Below, piece after piece: positions 1 through 11,877 of a stretch of DNA of 64,000 bases. Origin of the DNA: Anaeramoeba ignava BMAN (Eukaryota > Protista > Anaeramoebae); NCBI GenBank assembly GCA_028826165.1, contig JAPDFW010000062.1, positions 62,001 to 126,000 on the forward strand, read 5' to 3'. Position 1 is the stretch's first letter, and the number at the start of each line of letters is the position of its first letter. Position numbers and translations under genes: made by a program. Under the pieces are notes generated by a model that did no database searches, was not told where the DNA came from, and saw only the letters and a program-made list of their open reading frames with translations.

Positions 1-2689
1 ATTCTGTGAATATATCAAGAAATTGATCGAAGTTAGGTATTCCACAAACAACATTTTCAAGACTATGAGTAATAGTTTCCTTAAAAGAATCAACGTTTTC
101 TAATTGAAAACAAAACAGTAAATTAATTTTTGAATTATTTGAATTAATAATTTTTGAATTATTTGAATAAATATTATTTTAATTAGTAATATTTAAATAA
201 ATAATTTTTGAATTAATTTTTAAATAAATAATTTTTAAATTAATAATTTAAATTAATAATTTGGATTCAATCAAATTTTACTTTCGGTAATTATTTTCGT
301 TTTCATGAGTAATTTTGTAAGACGTGATGTGAAGCATTTTATAAACTCTATATCATAGAAATATAATTGAAATAAATGATTTAATGGTTTTGTCATTGCT
401 TTTGAAGATTCACGAAGAATATTATTTTTGGTAAGAATATCCATAATTTGGGTTTTCATTTGAGGAACATCATCTTTATATTGGATAATACTTAATTTGA
501 TTTGAGAATTAACAGTTGAAAGAAATTTGGGTATTCCATAAGATTGAGCGATTTTTTTAATAGAAGAAAGAAGGGCTTTATTATTTCTTGTGAATTCCTA
601 TATCAAAATATTTTAAATTAAATTAAATTAAATAAAATTAATTAAATTAAATTAATTAAATTAAATTAAATTAAATTAAATTAAAATTAAATTAAATTAA
701 ATAAAATTAAATTAAATTAAATTAAAATATTCACAGGTGTTCCTATTTTTTGTGCTTCTTGATCAACAGCAGATATTAGGAGATTTTCACCTTTAGAGAA
801 CTCTTTAAGATTGTTGAGAATTTTGTGCATGTTTCTTTGTATTTTTTTCTCGTGATCTCTGATAGAATCACTTAATCGAGAAATTTCAGACATTTTATCT
901 GTTTTAACAATCATATTTTCTTTTGGATCAGCAATTTTAAACTGTTCAGCATGAATTTGTAGTGATTCATCAACGGAATCTTTTTTAAGATCAATTCCAA
1001 ATGATTTTGTGAAATCCGACACTAATTTATCAAGTATTTCTCCTTGATTTTCTGTGATTTCTTGAGTTGATTTGTGATTTTTTTCGTCAGGAAATAATTG
1101 GCTGATTTCAACAAGAGTATTTGAAATTCTTGACAAATTCACACTGTTGTCAACTTGCGATAAATCAACTTGAGTTTCAGCTTGTTTTTGTTCGGATTGT
1201 GAATGTTTTGGTTCGGATTGTGAAAATCTTGAATCGGAAAATTTTGAATCTGAAAATTTTGTGTTTAATTGAGGTGTTGACAATTTGAAGTTGAATTTTG
1301 ATAGAATATTATCCAGTTTAGGTGTGTTTGATTTTGGGCGTTCAATTTTTTCTTCTAAATTAACAGGAGATTTTTGTTTTGATGATTTTTGGGTTTCTGT
1401 AGTTTCATTTATGCTTGTTTTTTTAGCTAAATATGGAGAAGTTGGGGATTTTCTTTGGGGTGTTGCATCGGTATTTTTGTTTTGCGTTGTTGAATATCTT
1501 GAAAGCATCTCATGAATGTTTGAATTACTTTTTTCGGATAAAGTTGGAGAAGGCGATTGATTTCTTTTTGTTTGAATTTCTTTTTGATAAATGGAAGTTG
1601 GAGATTTTGGCTTTCGAATTTGATTTTGTTTGTGTTTCTTCGTTTTGTGTTGTTTCTGTTTTAGTTTCTTTGTGTGATATCATTTGATTAATTGGCGATT
1701 TTGATTTTTGTTTGATTCTTGATAAAATATCTTGGATGTTTGATTTCTAAAAAGAGGTGATTATTAATAAGATGAAATTTTTCTTTTTATTAATGTTGAG
1801 TTACTTTTTCTGCACTTTGTTCTGTTGGAGTTTTGGGTCTTTCTTTTAATGGAAGTCCTGATTTCCATAAGAACATTTGGGCAAGAATTTTCAAAATTTC
1901 GTTTTCGTTTCCCTTAATTTTAATTTTAATTTTAAATTTAAAATGAATTTTAAAATGAATTTCAAATTGAATTTTAAATTTAAAATGAATTTCAAAATGA
2001 ATTTCAATATTAATTTTGATTTTAAATTTTAATTTCAAAATGAATTTCAAAATGAATTTCAAATTGAATTTCAATATTAATTTTAATTTTAAAATGAATT
2101 TCAAATTGAATTTTAATTTTAATTTTAATTTTAATTTTAATTTTAATTTTAATTTTAATTTTAATTTTAATTTTAATTTTAATTTTAATTTTAATTTTAA
2201 TTTTAATTTTAATTTTAATTTTAATTTAATTTACATTTGTTAAATCTTCAGCAGAAAAAACTGCTTTTAAACCTGCATTTTTTAATAAATCAAAAAAAAT
2301 GGAAGCTCTTTTTTGTAAAGATTGTTCTGTTTGTAATTGTTTATTTAAGGATGTTTCAGTTAAATAAGCAATTAATTTGCCAAGAATTAAACAATCCTAA
2401 TTTTAAATAAAAGAATAAATAAAAGAATAAATAAAAGAATAAAGGAGAAAATTTATAAAAAAAATTGCTTTTTTTATTTTAAAAATTAAAAATTAAAAAT
2501 TAAAAATACAGAAAGTTGAGAAATATCTGTAATTGAAGATTGAGTTAAAAGGTTTGTCCATCTAATTAAAAGATCAGTTGTAGAAACTTTCTTTATTTCT
2601 TCTTGATCATTTTGTTTAAGATATTGAATATCTTTGTTGTAAGAAATTCTGAGTAATAAAGCACGAGTTTGTGGAGAGATTCTTGACAT
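1..2689 (-). CDS. Calponin-homology (fimbrin-like CH) domain protein with Ser/Pro/Lys-rich linker and helical C-terminal region; multi-exon, 3' end outside window
   Basis: ATG at 2689. GT-AG introns at ~2397-2509, ~1914-2234, ~1747-1804, ~598-734, ~100-281. Joined exons give LLIRWTNLLTQSSITDISQLS|DCLILGKLIAYL...FSAEDLTN|GNENEILKILAQMF, a CH-domain pattern. One +1 frameshift between ~1600 and 1680. Confidence 0.6.
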
Positions 2690-2769
2690 AAATTAAATTA
2701 AAAAAAAAGAATGAAAAAAAGAATGAAAAAAATGAAAATAAAAAAAATGAAAAAAAATATTTTTTAATT

Positions 2770-4944
2770 TTGATTTTGATTTTGATATTGATATTGATAT
2801 TGATATTGATATTTATATTGATATTTATATTTATATTTATATTTATATTGATATTGATATTGATATTTATATTTATTTTGATATTGATATTGATATTGAT
2901 ATTTATATTGATATTGATATTGATATTGATATTGATATTGATATTAATATTGATATTGATATTTATATTGATATTTATATTGATATTTATATTGATATTT
3001 ATATTGATATTTATATTGATATTTATATTGATATTGATATTGATATTGATATTGATATTGATATTGATATTGATATTTATTTATATTTGATATATTATAT
3101 TGATATTGATATTGATATTGATATTTGATATTGATATTGATATTTATATTGATATTGATATTGATATTGATATTGATATTAATATTTATATTGATATTTA
3201 TATTGATATTGATATTGATATTGATATTTATATTGATATTTATATTGATATTGATATTGATATTGATATTGATATTGATATTGATATTGATATTGATATT
3301 GATATTTATATTGATATTTATATTGATATTTATATTGATATTGATATTGATATTGATATTGATATTTATATTGATATTGATATTTATATTGATATTGATA
3401 TTTATATTGATATTGATTTTGATATTGATATTGATATTGATATTGATATTGATATTGATATTGATATTTATATTGATATTGATTTGATATTGATATTGAT
3501 ATTGATATTGATATTGATATTGATATTGATATTGATATTGATTTTATATTGATATTGATATTGATATTGATATTTATATTGATATTTATATTGATATTGA
3601 TATTGATATTGCGTATTGATATTGATATTGATATTGCGTATTGATATTGATATTGATATTGATATTTGATATTATATTGATATTTATTGATATTGATATT
3701 AATATTTATATTGATATTGATATTGATATTTATATTGATATTTATATTGATATTGATATTGATATTTATATTGATATTGATATTGATATTTATATTGATA
3801 TTGATATTGATATTGATTGATAACTGTGATATTTATATTGATATTGAGTATTTATATTGATATTGATATTGATTTTGATATTGATATTGATATTGATATT
3901 TATATTGATATTTTATATTTATATTGATATTGATATTTTATATTGATATTGATATTGATATTAGGCTTGATATTGATATTGATTTTATTATTGATATTGA
4001 TTTTGATATTGATTATTGATATTGATATTGATATTTATATTTATATTGATATTAATATTTATATTGATATTGATATTGATATTGATATTGATTTTGATAT
4101 TTATATTTATATTGATATTGATATTGATATTGATATTTATTTTGATATTGATATTGATATTGATATTGATATTTATATTGATATTGATATTTATATTGAT
4201 ATTGATATTGATATTGATATTGATATTGATATTGATATTTATATTTATATTGATAATTGATATTTTATTTTGATATTTATATTGATATTGATATTGATTT
4301 TGATATTTATATTGATATTTATATTGATATTGATATTGATATTGATATTTTATATTGATATTGAGGTATTGATATTGATATTGATATTGATATTGATATT
4401 GATATTGATATTTATATTTATATTTATATTGATATTGATATTTATATTGATATTTATATTGATATTGATATTGATATTGATATTGATATTGATATTTATA
4501 TTTATATTGATATTGATATTGATATTGATTTTGATTTTTGATTTTTGATATTGATATTGATATTGATATTGATATTGATATTGATATTGATATTGATATT
4601 GATATTTATATATTTATATTGATATTAATATTTATATTGATTTTGATATTTATATTGATATTGATATTTATATTGATATTGATATTGATATTGATATTTA
4701 TATTGATATTTATATTTATATTGATATTGATATTGATATTGATATTGATATTGATATTGATATTTATATTTATATTGATATTGATATTGATATTAATATT
4801 TATATTTATATTTATATTGATATTGATATTTATATTGATATTAATATTTATATTGATTTTGATATTTATATTGATATTTATATTGATATTTATATTGATA
4901 TTGATATTGATATTTATATTGATATTGATTTTGATTTTGATTTT
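2770..4944. repeat. ~2.2-kb hexamer microsatellite (GATATT/TATATT mixed) between divergent CH-protein and SHMT genes
   Basis: Directly visible; produces the poly-IL/ID/IY/IN pseudo-ORFs. Confidence 0.97.
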
Positions 4945-5019
4945 TGTAAATCCAAAAAAAAAAAGCAAAAAAATTTTTTTTTCATTTTTCATTTTTTCAT
5001 TTTTATCAAATTTTATCAA

Positions 5020-7221
5020 ATGCTCACAAAATTTTTGAAACCACACAAAGCATTTAACGCATTAACAACGATCTGTAAACCAATAGCAATACGGGAACTA
5101 ACAACAAAATTTGTCGGAAGCATTCCATTAAAAGAAAGCGATCCAGAAGTATATGATATAATTGAGAAAGAAAAAAACCGACAATGGAAAGGGATCGAGT
5201 TAATCGCCTCAGAAAACTTCACATCACGCGCAGTACTTGATGCACTTGGGTCAGCAATGACAAATAAATACTCAGAAGGTCTTCCTGGTAAAAGATATTA
5301 TGGTGGTAATGAGTTTATTGATGAAAATGAAATCCTTTGCCAGAAAAGAGCCCTTCAAGCTTTCCATTTGGATCCTGATAAATGGGGTGTTAATGTTCAA
5401 CCGTTATCTGGTTCCCCAGCTAATTTTGAAGCTTATACTGCTATTTTGAATCCTCATGATAGAATTATGGGATTAGATTTGCCTCATGGTGGCCAGTATG
5501 TTTTTGTTATTAATATTTAATTTAATATTTAATATTTTATATTTAATATTTTATATTTAATTTATATTTAATATTTAATTTATATTTTATATTTAATTTA
5601 TATTTAATATTTAATTTATATTTTATATTTTATATTTAATTTATATTTAATTAATATTTAATATTTAATAATTAATATTTTATATTTAATAATTAATATT
5701 TAATATTTAATTTATATTTTATATTTAATATTTAATTTAATATTTAATTTATATTTAATATTTAATTTAATATTTAATTAATATTTAATTTATATTTAAT
5801 ATTTAATATTTTATATTTAATATTTTATTTATATTTATATTTAATATTTAATATTTAATTTAATATTTAATAATTTATATTTAATATTTAATATTTAATA
5901 ATTTATATTTAATATTTAATTAATATTTTATATTTAATATTTTATATTTAATATTTTATATTTTATTAATAATTAATTTATATTTAATATTTATTATTTA
6001 ATATTTTATATTTAATTTTTAATTAATATTTTATATTTAATTAATATTTTATATTTAATTTATATTTAATAATTAATATTTAATATTTAATATTTAATAT
6101 ATAATTAATATTTAATTTAATATTTAATTTAATATTTAATTTAATATTTAATTAATATTTAATATTTAATTTAATATTTATGTTTGTATTGAAAACAAAG
6201 TTTAACACATGGTTACATGACTGACAAAAAACGAATCTCAGCAACATCAATCTATTTCGAAAGTATGCCTTATCGACTCAACATTAACACAGGATACATA
6301 GATTATGACGAACTTGAGAAGAACGCAGAATACTTCCGACCGAAACTAATTGTAGCCGGAGCATCAGCATATCCACGAGAATTCGATTACAAACGAATGA
6401 AGAAGATAGCAGAGAAGCACGGAGCATATTTACTCGCAGACATGGCACACATTTCGGGACTTGTTGCCGCAAAAGAAACATTGAGTCCGTTTGAAGATTG
6501 CGATTTAGTGACAACAACAACACACAAAACCCTTCGCGGACCAAGAGCAGGATTAATATTCTTCCGCAAAGGCGTTAGATCGACAACGAAAAAAGGCAAG
6601 AAAATCATGTACGATCTCCATTCCAAAGTGGATTTCGCAGTTTTTCCAAGTTTGCAAGGCGGACCTCATAACAACGTTATTGCTGCCATTTCAACTTGTT
6701 TAAAAGAAGCAACTTCAAAAGATTTTTATGATTATCAACACAAAGTCAAGATCAATTGCCGGATTTTGGGCGATGAAATGAAGCGCAGAGGCTACGATTT
6801 GGTGTCAGGAGGAACAGACAATCACTTGATTCTTATTGATCTGAAGAAAATGGGAATTGACGGCGCAAGAGCAGAAAAAGTTCTTGAACTCGCAAGTGTA
6901 ACCGTCAATAAGAATTCTGTTCCTGGTGATAAAAGTGCTTTTATTCCTGGTGGTCTTCGTGTTGGTACTCCCGCTATGACTACTAGAGGTCTTTCTGACT
7001 CTGATTTTATTAAGGTCGCTGATTTTCTTGATAGAGGAATTAAAATTGCTATTCAGTTCAAAAATTCAGGTGGCCCGAAATTGTCTGATTTTATTTCTTA
7101 TATTCATCATAATTTTAATAATATTCCTCATTTGGTCGCTCTTAGAAATGAGGTCGAAGCTTTTGCTAAAAGTTTCCCTATGCCTGGTTTTGATCCTGCT
7201 CAGCTTAAATATAAGAATTAA
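5020..7221 (+). CDS. SHMT: Serine hydroxymethyltransferase with N-terminal organellar (mitochondrion/MRO) presequence; exons 5020-5495, 6201-7221
   Basis: [29 protein letters not shown]|LTHG across intron 5496-6200 (GTATGT...AAAG), PLP-lysine motif [18 protein letters not shown]. Confidence 0.98.
5510..6180. repeat. A/T-only low-complexity repeat (TTTAATA-like units) filling the SHMT intron
   Basis: Directly visible. Confidence 0.9.
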
Positions 7222-7484
7222 GAATTAATCTTCATTTTCCCAAATTTCCTTTCTTTTTTTTCTTTTTTTCTTTTTTTTGGATCAGAAAATTAAAATCAAA
7301 ATTAAAATCAAAATTAAAATTAAAATTAAAATTAAAATCAATATCAAAATCAATATCAAAATCAAAATTATAATTATAATTATAATTAAAATTAAAATCA
7401 AAATCAAAATCAAAATTAAAATTAAAATCATTTTTCGATTTTTTCATTTTTTTTTTCAATCTTTTCTTTATTTTGCTTATTCAA

Positions 7485-8531
7485 ATGTCAAATGTGGCTG
7501 ATGAACCTAAAATTGGTAGTTTTTGTTGCATTAAATATAATAAAATTCCCACAGAAAAATATTTAACAATGAGTCCTTGGAAAAAATGGAAAAAATATAA
7601 AAGAATTCCAATTAAATTTATTTTACACATTTTGATAGTTGTTTCTATAATTATTCAAGTAAATTTTATATAAAAAAGAAATTATTTTCTTTTTTACTTT
7701 TTTAAATTTAAAAAAGTTTTGAAAGTTGAATTAAATAAAATGACGAACAAAACAAAAATTTAATTCAAAAAATTTAATTCAAAAAATTTAATTCAAAAAA
7801 TTTAATTCAAAATTTTAATTCAAAAAATTTAATTAGGCTGTAATAATGACTAAATATGAACTTCCATTTATGAGAGAATCTCAAAACCTTTTTGCAAATG
7901 TTTTTCTTCCAAATGCAGATTTTTATGTAGATTCAATTGATGGAAGAATTCAAAAAGATTTAAATTTAGTTTCCGATTTCAATCAAACAATTTATAACAT
8001 TACACAAGCATTTTATAATTTTACAAATTTAACAATCAGTTTTTTTGAGTAATTCCCAAATTAATTTAATATTTAATATTTGATATTTAATTTAATATTT
8101 AATATTTGATTTAATATTTGATTTAATATTTAATATTTAATATTTGATTTAATTTAATATTTGATATTTGATATTTAATATTTAATATTTAATATTTTAT
8201 ATTTAATATTTAATATTTGATTTAATATTTGATTTAATATTTGATTTAATATTTAATATTTAATATTTGATTTAATATTTGATTTAATATTTAATTTAAT
8301 ATTTAATATTTGATATTTGATATTTGATATTTAATTTAATATTTGATTTAATATTTGATTTAATATTTAATATTTGATTTAATTTAATATAATTTTAGTT
8401 ATGATTATGATTCAGGACAAATAAATCCTCCAACTTTAAAAATTCAAAAATATTCAATGTATAGATTTGATTCAGTTGATCCAAATAATAAATTGATTGA
8501 TTTTAGTACAGAATATGGTAATCAAAAAAAG

Positions 8532-8562
<31 letters not shown>

Positions 8563-11500
8563 GAAATTTTAAATTTTGGAAAACAAAAAAATACATTTTA
8601 CTTTGTTTTAAGTTACTTATCCCTTAACTTTAGAAAATCCAATCGGTCCATTCACAAATATGACAACTCAAGAAATTCAATTAATTTTACAAACTTTTAG
8701 AACTGCCAATATTAATTTTAAATTTCATTGTTTATATACAACTGAAATTGTTCAAGCTGTTACTTGGAATATTGATGTATTTTTCTTTCAAAACAACAAA
8801 AAAAATTTTTTGATTTTGATTTTGATTTTGATTTTGATACTAAATAATTTAATTAGATTCTATTTGATTTTACAATAAGAGGAGGAGTAATGAGAGCTTC
8901 AATTGATTCAACAATGAAATTTGATAATTTTCAAGAATGTAAATATTTCAAAAAAAAATATTCCGAAATAAAATAAATATTTATTATTATTGTTATTATT
9001 TAAAAAGCTGTTTCTTTTCGTGATATTTTCCCAAGTATTGGTTTTCTTAGTGGTGTATTCAATGTAATTTTCTCTGTTTGGGCATTAATTTTATCTATAA
9101 GATCTTTAAGGCATCAATACAGAATTTATAAAGTACAAATAATTAATCAAAAAATCAATTTTAAAATCAATTTTAAAATCAATCTTAAAATCAATCTTAA
9201 AATCAATCTTAAAATCAATCTTAAAATCAATCTTAAAATCAATCTTAAAATCAATTAATAAATCAATCAATCAAAAAATCAATCTTAAAATCAATCAATT
9301 AATAAATCAATCAATTAATAAATCAATCAATAAATCAATCAATAAATCAATCAATAAATCAATCAATAAATCAATCAATAAATCAATCTTAAAATCAATC
9401 TTAAAATCAATTTTAAAATCAATTTTAAAATCAATTTTAAAATCAATCTTAAAATCAATCTTAAAATCAATCTTAAAATCAATTTTAAAATCAATCAATT
9501 AATCAATCTTAAAATCAATCAATCTAAAATCAAAAAATCAAAAAATCAAAAAATCAAAAAATCAAAAAATCAAAAAATCAAAAATCAAAAATCAAAAATC
9601 AAAAATCAAAAAATCAAAAAATCAAAAAATCAAAAAATCAAAAAATCAAAAAATCAATCTTAAAATCAATTAATCAATCTTAAAATCAATTTTAAAATCA
9701 ATCTTAAAATCAATCTTAAAATCAATCAATCTTAAAATCAATCAATTAATCAATCTTAAAATCAATTTTAAAATCAATCAAAAAATCAATCAATTAATAA
9801 ATCAATCAAAAAATCAAAAAATCAATTAATAAATCAATCAATCAATTAATAAATCAATCAATCAATAAATCAATCAATTAAAAAATCAATAAATCAATCA
9901 AAAAATTAATCAATCTTAAAATCAATCTTAAAATCAATCTTAAAATCAAAAAATCAAAAAATCAATCAATTAATAAATCAATCAATAAATCAATCAAAAA
10001 ATTAATCAATCTTAAAATCAATCTTAAAATCAAAAAATCAAAAAATCAAAAAATCAAAAAATCAATCTTAAAATCAATTAATAAATCAATCTTAAAATCA
10101 ATTAATCAATCTTAAAATCAATTTTAAAATCAATCTTAAAATCAATCTTAAAATAAATCAATTAAAAAATCAATCAATTAATCAATTTTAAAATCAATTT
10201 TAAAATCAATCTTAAAATCAAAAAATAAAAATAATGATTTTTTAAACTGATTATTTCAATTCAAAATTTAAAAAAAAAGGAAACAACATCAATAATTTCA
10301 ATAAAAGAAATTGCTACTATTGATAATTTTTTTAGAGACTCAGTCGATTTCAAACTCGCTTTTTTCAATTTTTGGGTTGTTCTTAGTTTATTAACATCAT
10401 TAATAAATATAATTGCAGAAATATCTTATTTAATTGGTCAATTTTATGCACCTCGTGAAAGAACATCTGTATTGTTTATTATGATGGGATTTTCTGCTTT
10501 CTTTTCATGGATTAGTTTGACAGGGTTGATAATATTTAAATTTCATAACAAAAACAAAATGGAAAAAAATTCATTTTATTCTCTTTTCTTTTTTTTTATC
10601 ATTTTTTAAACAGCTATTTCCAATGGCATAAAAGATTTTATTTATTCATTTCAACACTTAGAAGATCAATTCCAGGAATGATCCGATTTGTAATTGGAAC
10701 ATTACCTTTATTTTTAGGATATGCATGTAAACATCGAAAAAAAAACTATCAAAAAAAAAATATCAAAAAAAAATTTTTTTTTTAATTATAGATTTAGGAA
10801 CTTTATTATTTGGAAGTTATTCTAAATTTTTCGCTACAATTGATCAAGCTTGTGTCACATTATTTTCTGTTTTAAATGGAGATGTTGTTAGAGATAACTT
10901 TAATGCTGTGTATCGACATAATCATGGATTAGCATTTCTTTCACGAGCTTATATGTATATTTTTTGTTGTACTTTTATTTATGGGTAATTAAAAAAAAAT
11001 AAAAACAAAAAAAGTGGAACAAAAAGTGGAACAAAATTTTTCTTTTTTATTTTTATTATTTTTTTTTGATTTAGTTGGGTTAAGTTCTTTATTACAGTTG
11101 TTGAATCTTCTTTTTCTTCTATTCAAGAATCAAGAAAAGGTCCGAATATTGAAAGAAGAAAAAGACTTCGACCTTATATTCATTTACATAGGATTTATTC
11201 AAGTTCTCGAACAACATCAGTAGCTGATGAAGCAGTTCATGATGTATCAGAAAAAACTACATCAACTAATTCAGTATCTTCAGTATCTTTTGATAAGGTA
11301 AATTTTTAAATAAATTTTTAAATAAATTTTTAATTATTTTTTAATTATTTTAGATTGGAGATATTTGGGAAAAAGAAAAACAAAATAAAGAAAAAGAAAC
11401 TGAAAATGAAAATGAAAATGAAAATGAAAATGAAAATCAAAATCAAAATGAAAATCAAAATAAAAATCAAAACCAAAATAAAATTGAAAATCAAAATAAA

Positions 11501-11614
11501 ATTGAAAATCAAAATAAAATTGAAACTGAAACTGAAATTGAAACTTCTTCAACTCATCCAGATTTTAATTCTCAATCAAATGATGAAATTTCTCAACAAG
11601 AAAAAAAAGATTAA
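7485..11614 (+). CDS. MCOLN: Mucolipin (TRPML)-type lysosomal cation channel, 11 exons
   Basis: MSPWKKWKKYKRIPIKFILHIL (TRPML N-terminal motif), FNFWVVL, pore motif LFSVLNGDVV, S6 SRAYMYIFCCTFIY. All exons join in frame through GT-AG introns (e.g. 7659-7836, 8049-8398, 9133-10279); stop TAA 11612-11614. Confidence 0.9.
9140..10225. repeat. Intronic tandem repeat, 12-bp AAAATCAATCTT plus AAAAAATC/AATC sub-arrays
   Basis: Directly visible inside mucolipin intron 9133-10279. Confidence 0.93.
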
Positions 11615-11877
11615 GAAAATAAAAAATAAAAATAAAAATCTTATTATTTTTTTTTTTTTAAATTTTTTTAATTTTTTTTGATCGGAAAATTATTTGTGTT
11701 TCCGTTAAGAAATATTGAAGTTTTTTTTGTTTGATTTGATTTGATTTGTTTAAAAAAAAGAAAAAAAAAAAAGAGGAATTAAAGAAAAAGAAAAGAAAAG
11801 AAAAGAAAAAAAAACTTCAAAAAAAAGAAAATTTTTCGAAAATCCAAAATTAAGAAAAAAAAATTTTTTTTGCCAAA

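Noticed and set aside
2770-4940. Long poly-IL/ID/IY/IF/NF ORFs here and at 12800-13700, 14455-15367, 24636-26540, 62951-63211
   Set aside because: Stop-free frames of hexamer microsatellites lying in introns or intergenic DNA, or antisense to coding repeats; not proteins.
11683-11704. Small hairpin CGGAAA...TTTCCG between convergent 3' ends; similar one at ~32572-32597
   Set aside because: Stems of 6-8 bp in isolation are expected by chance.
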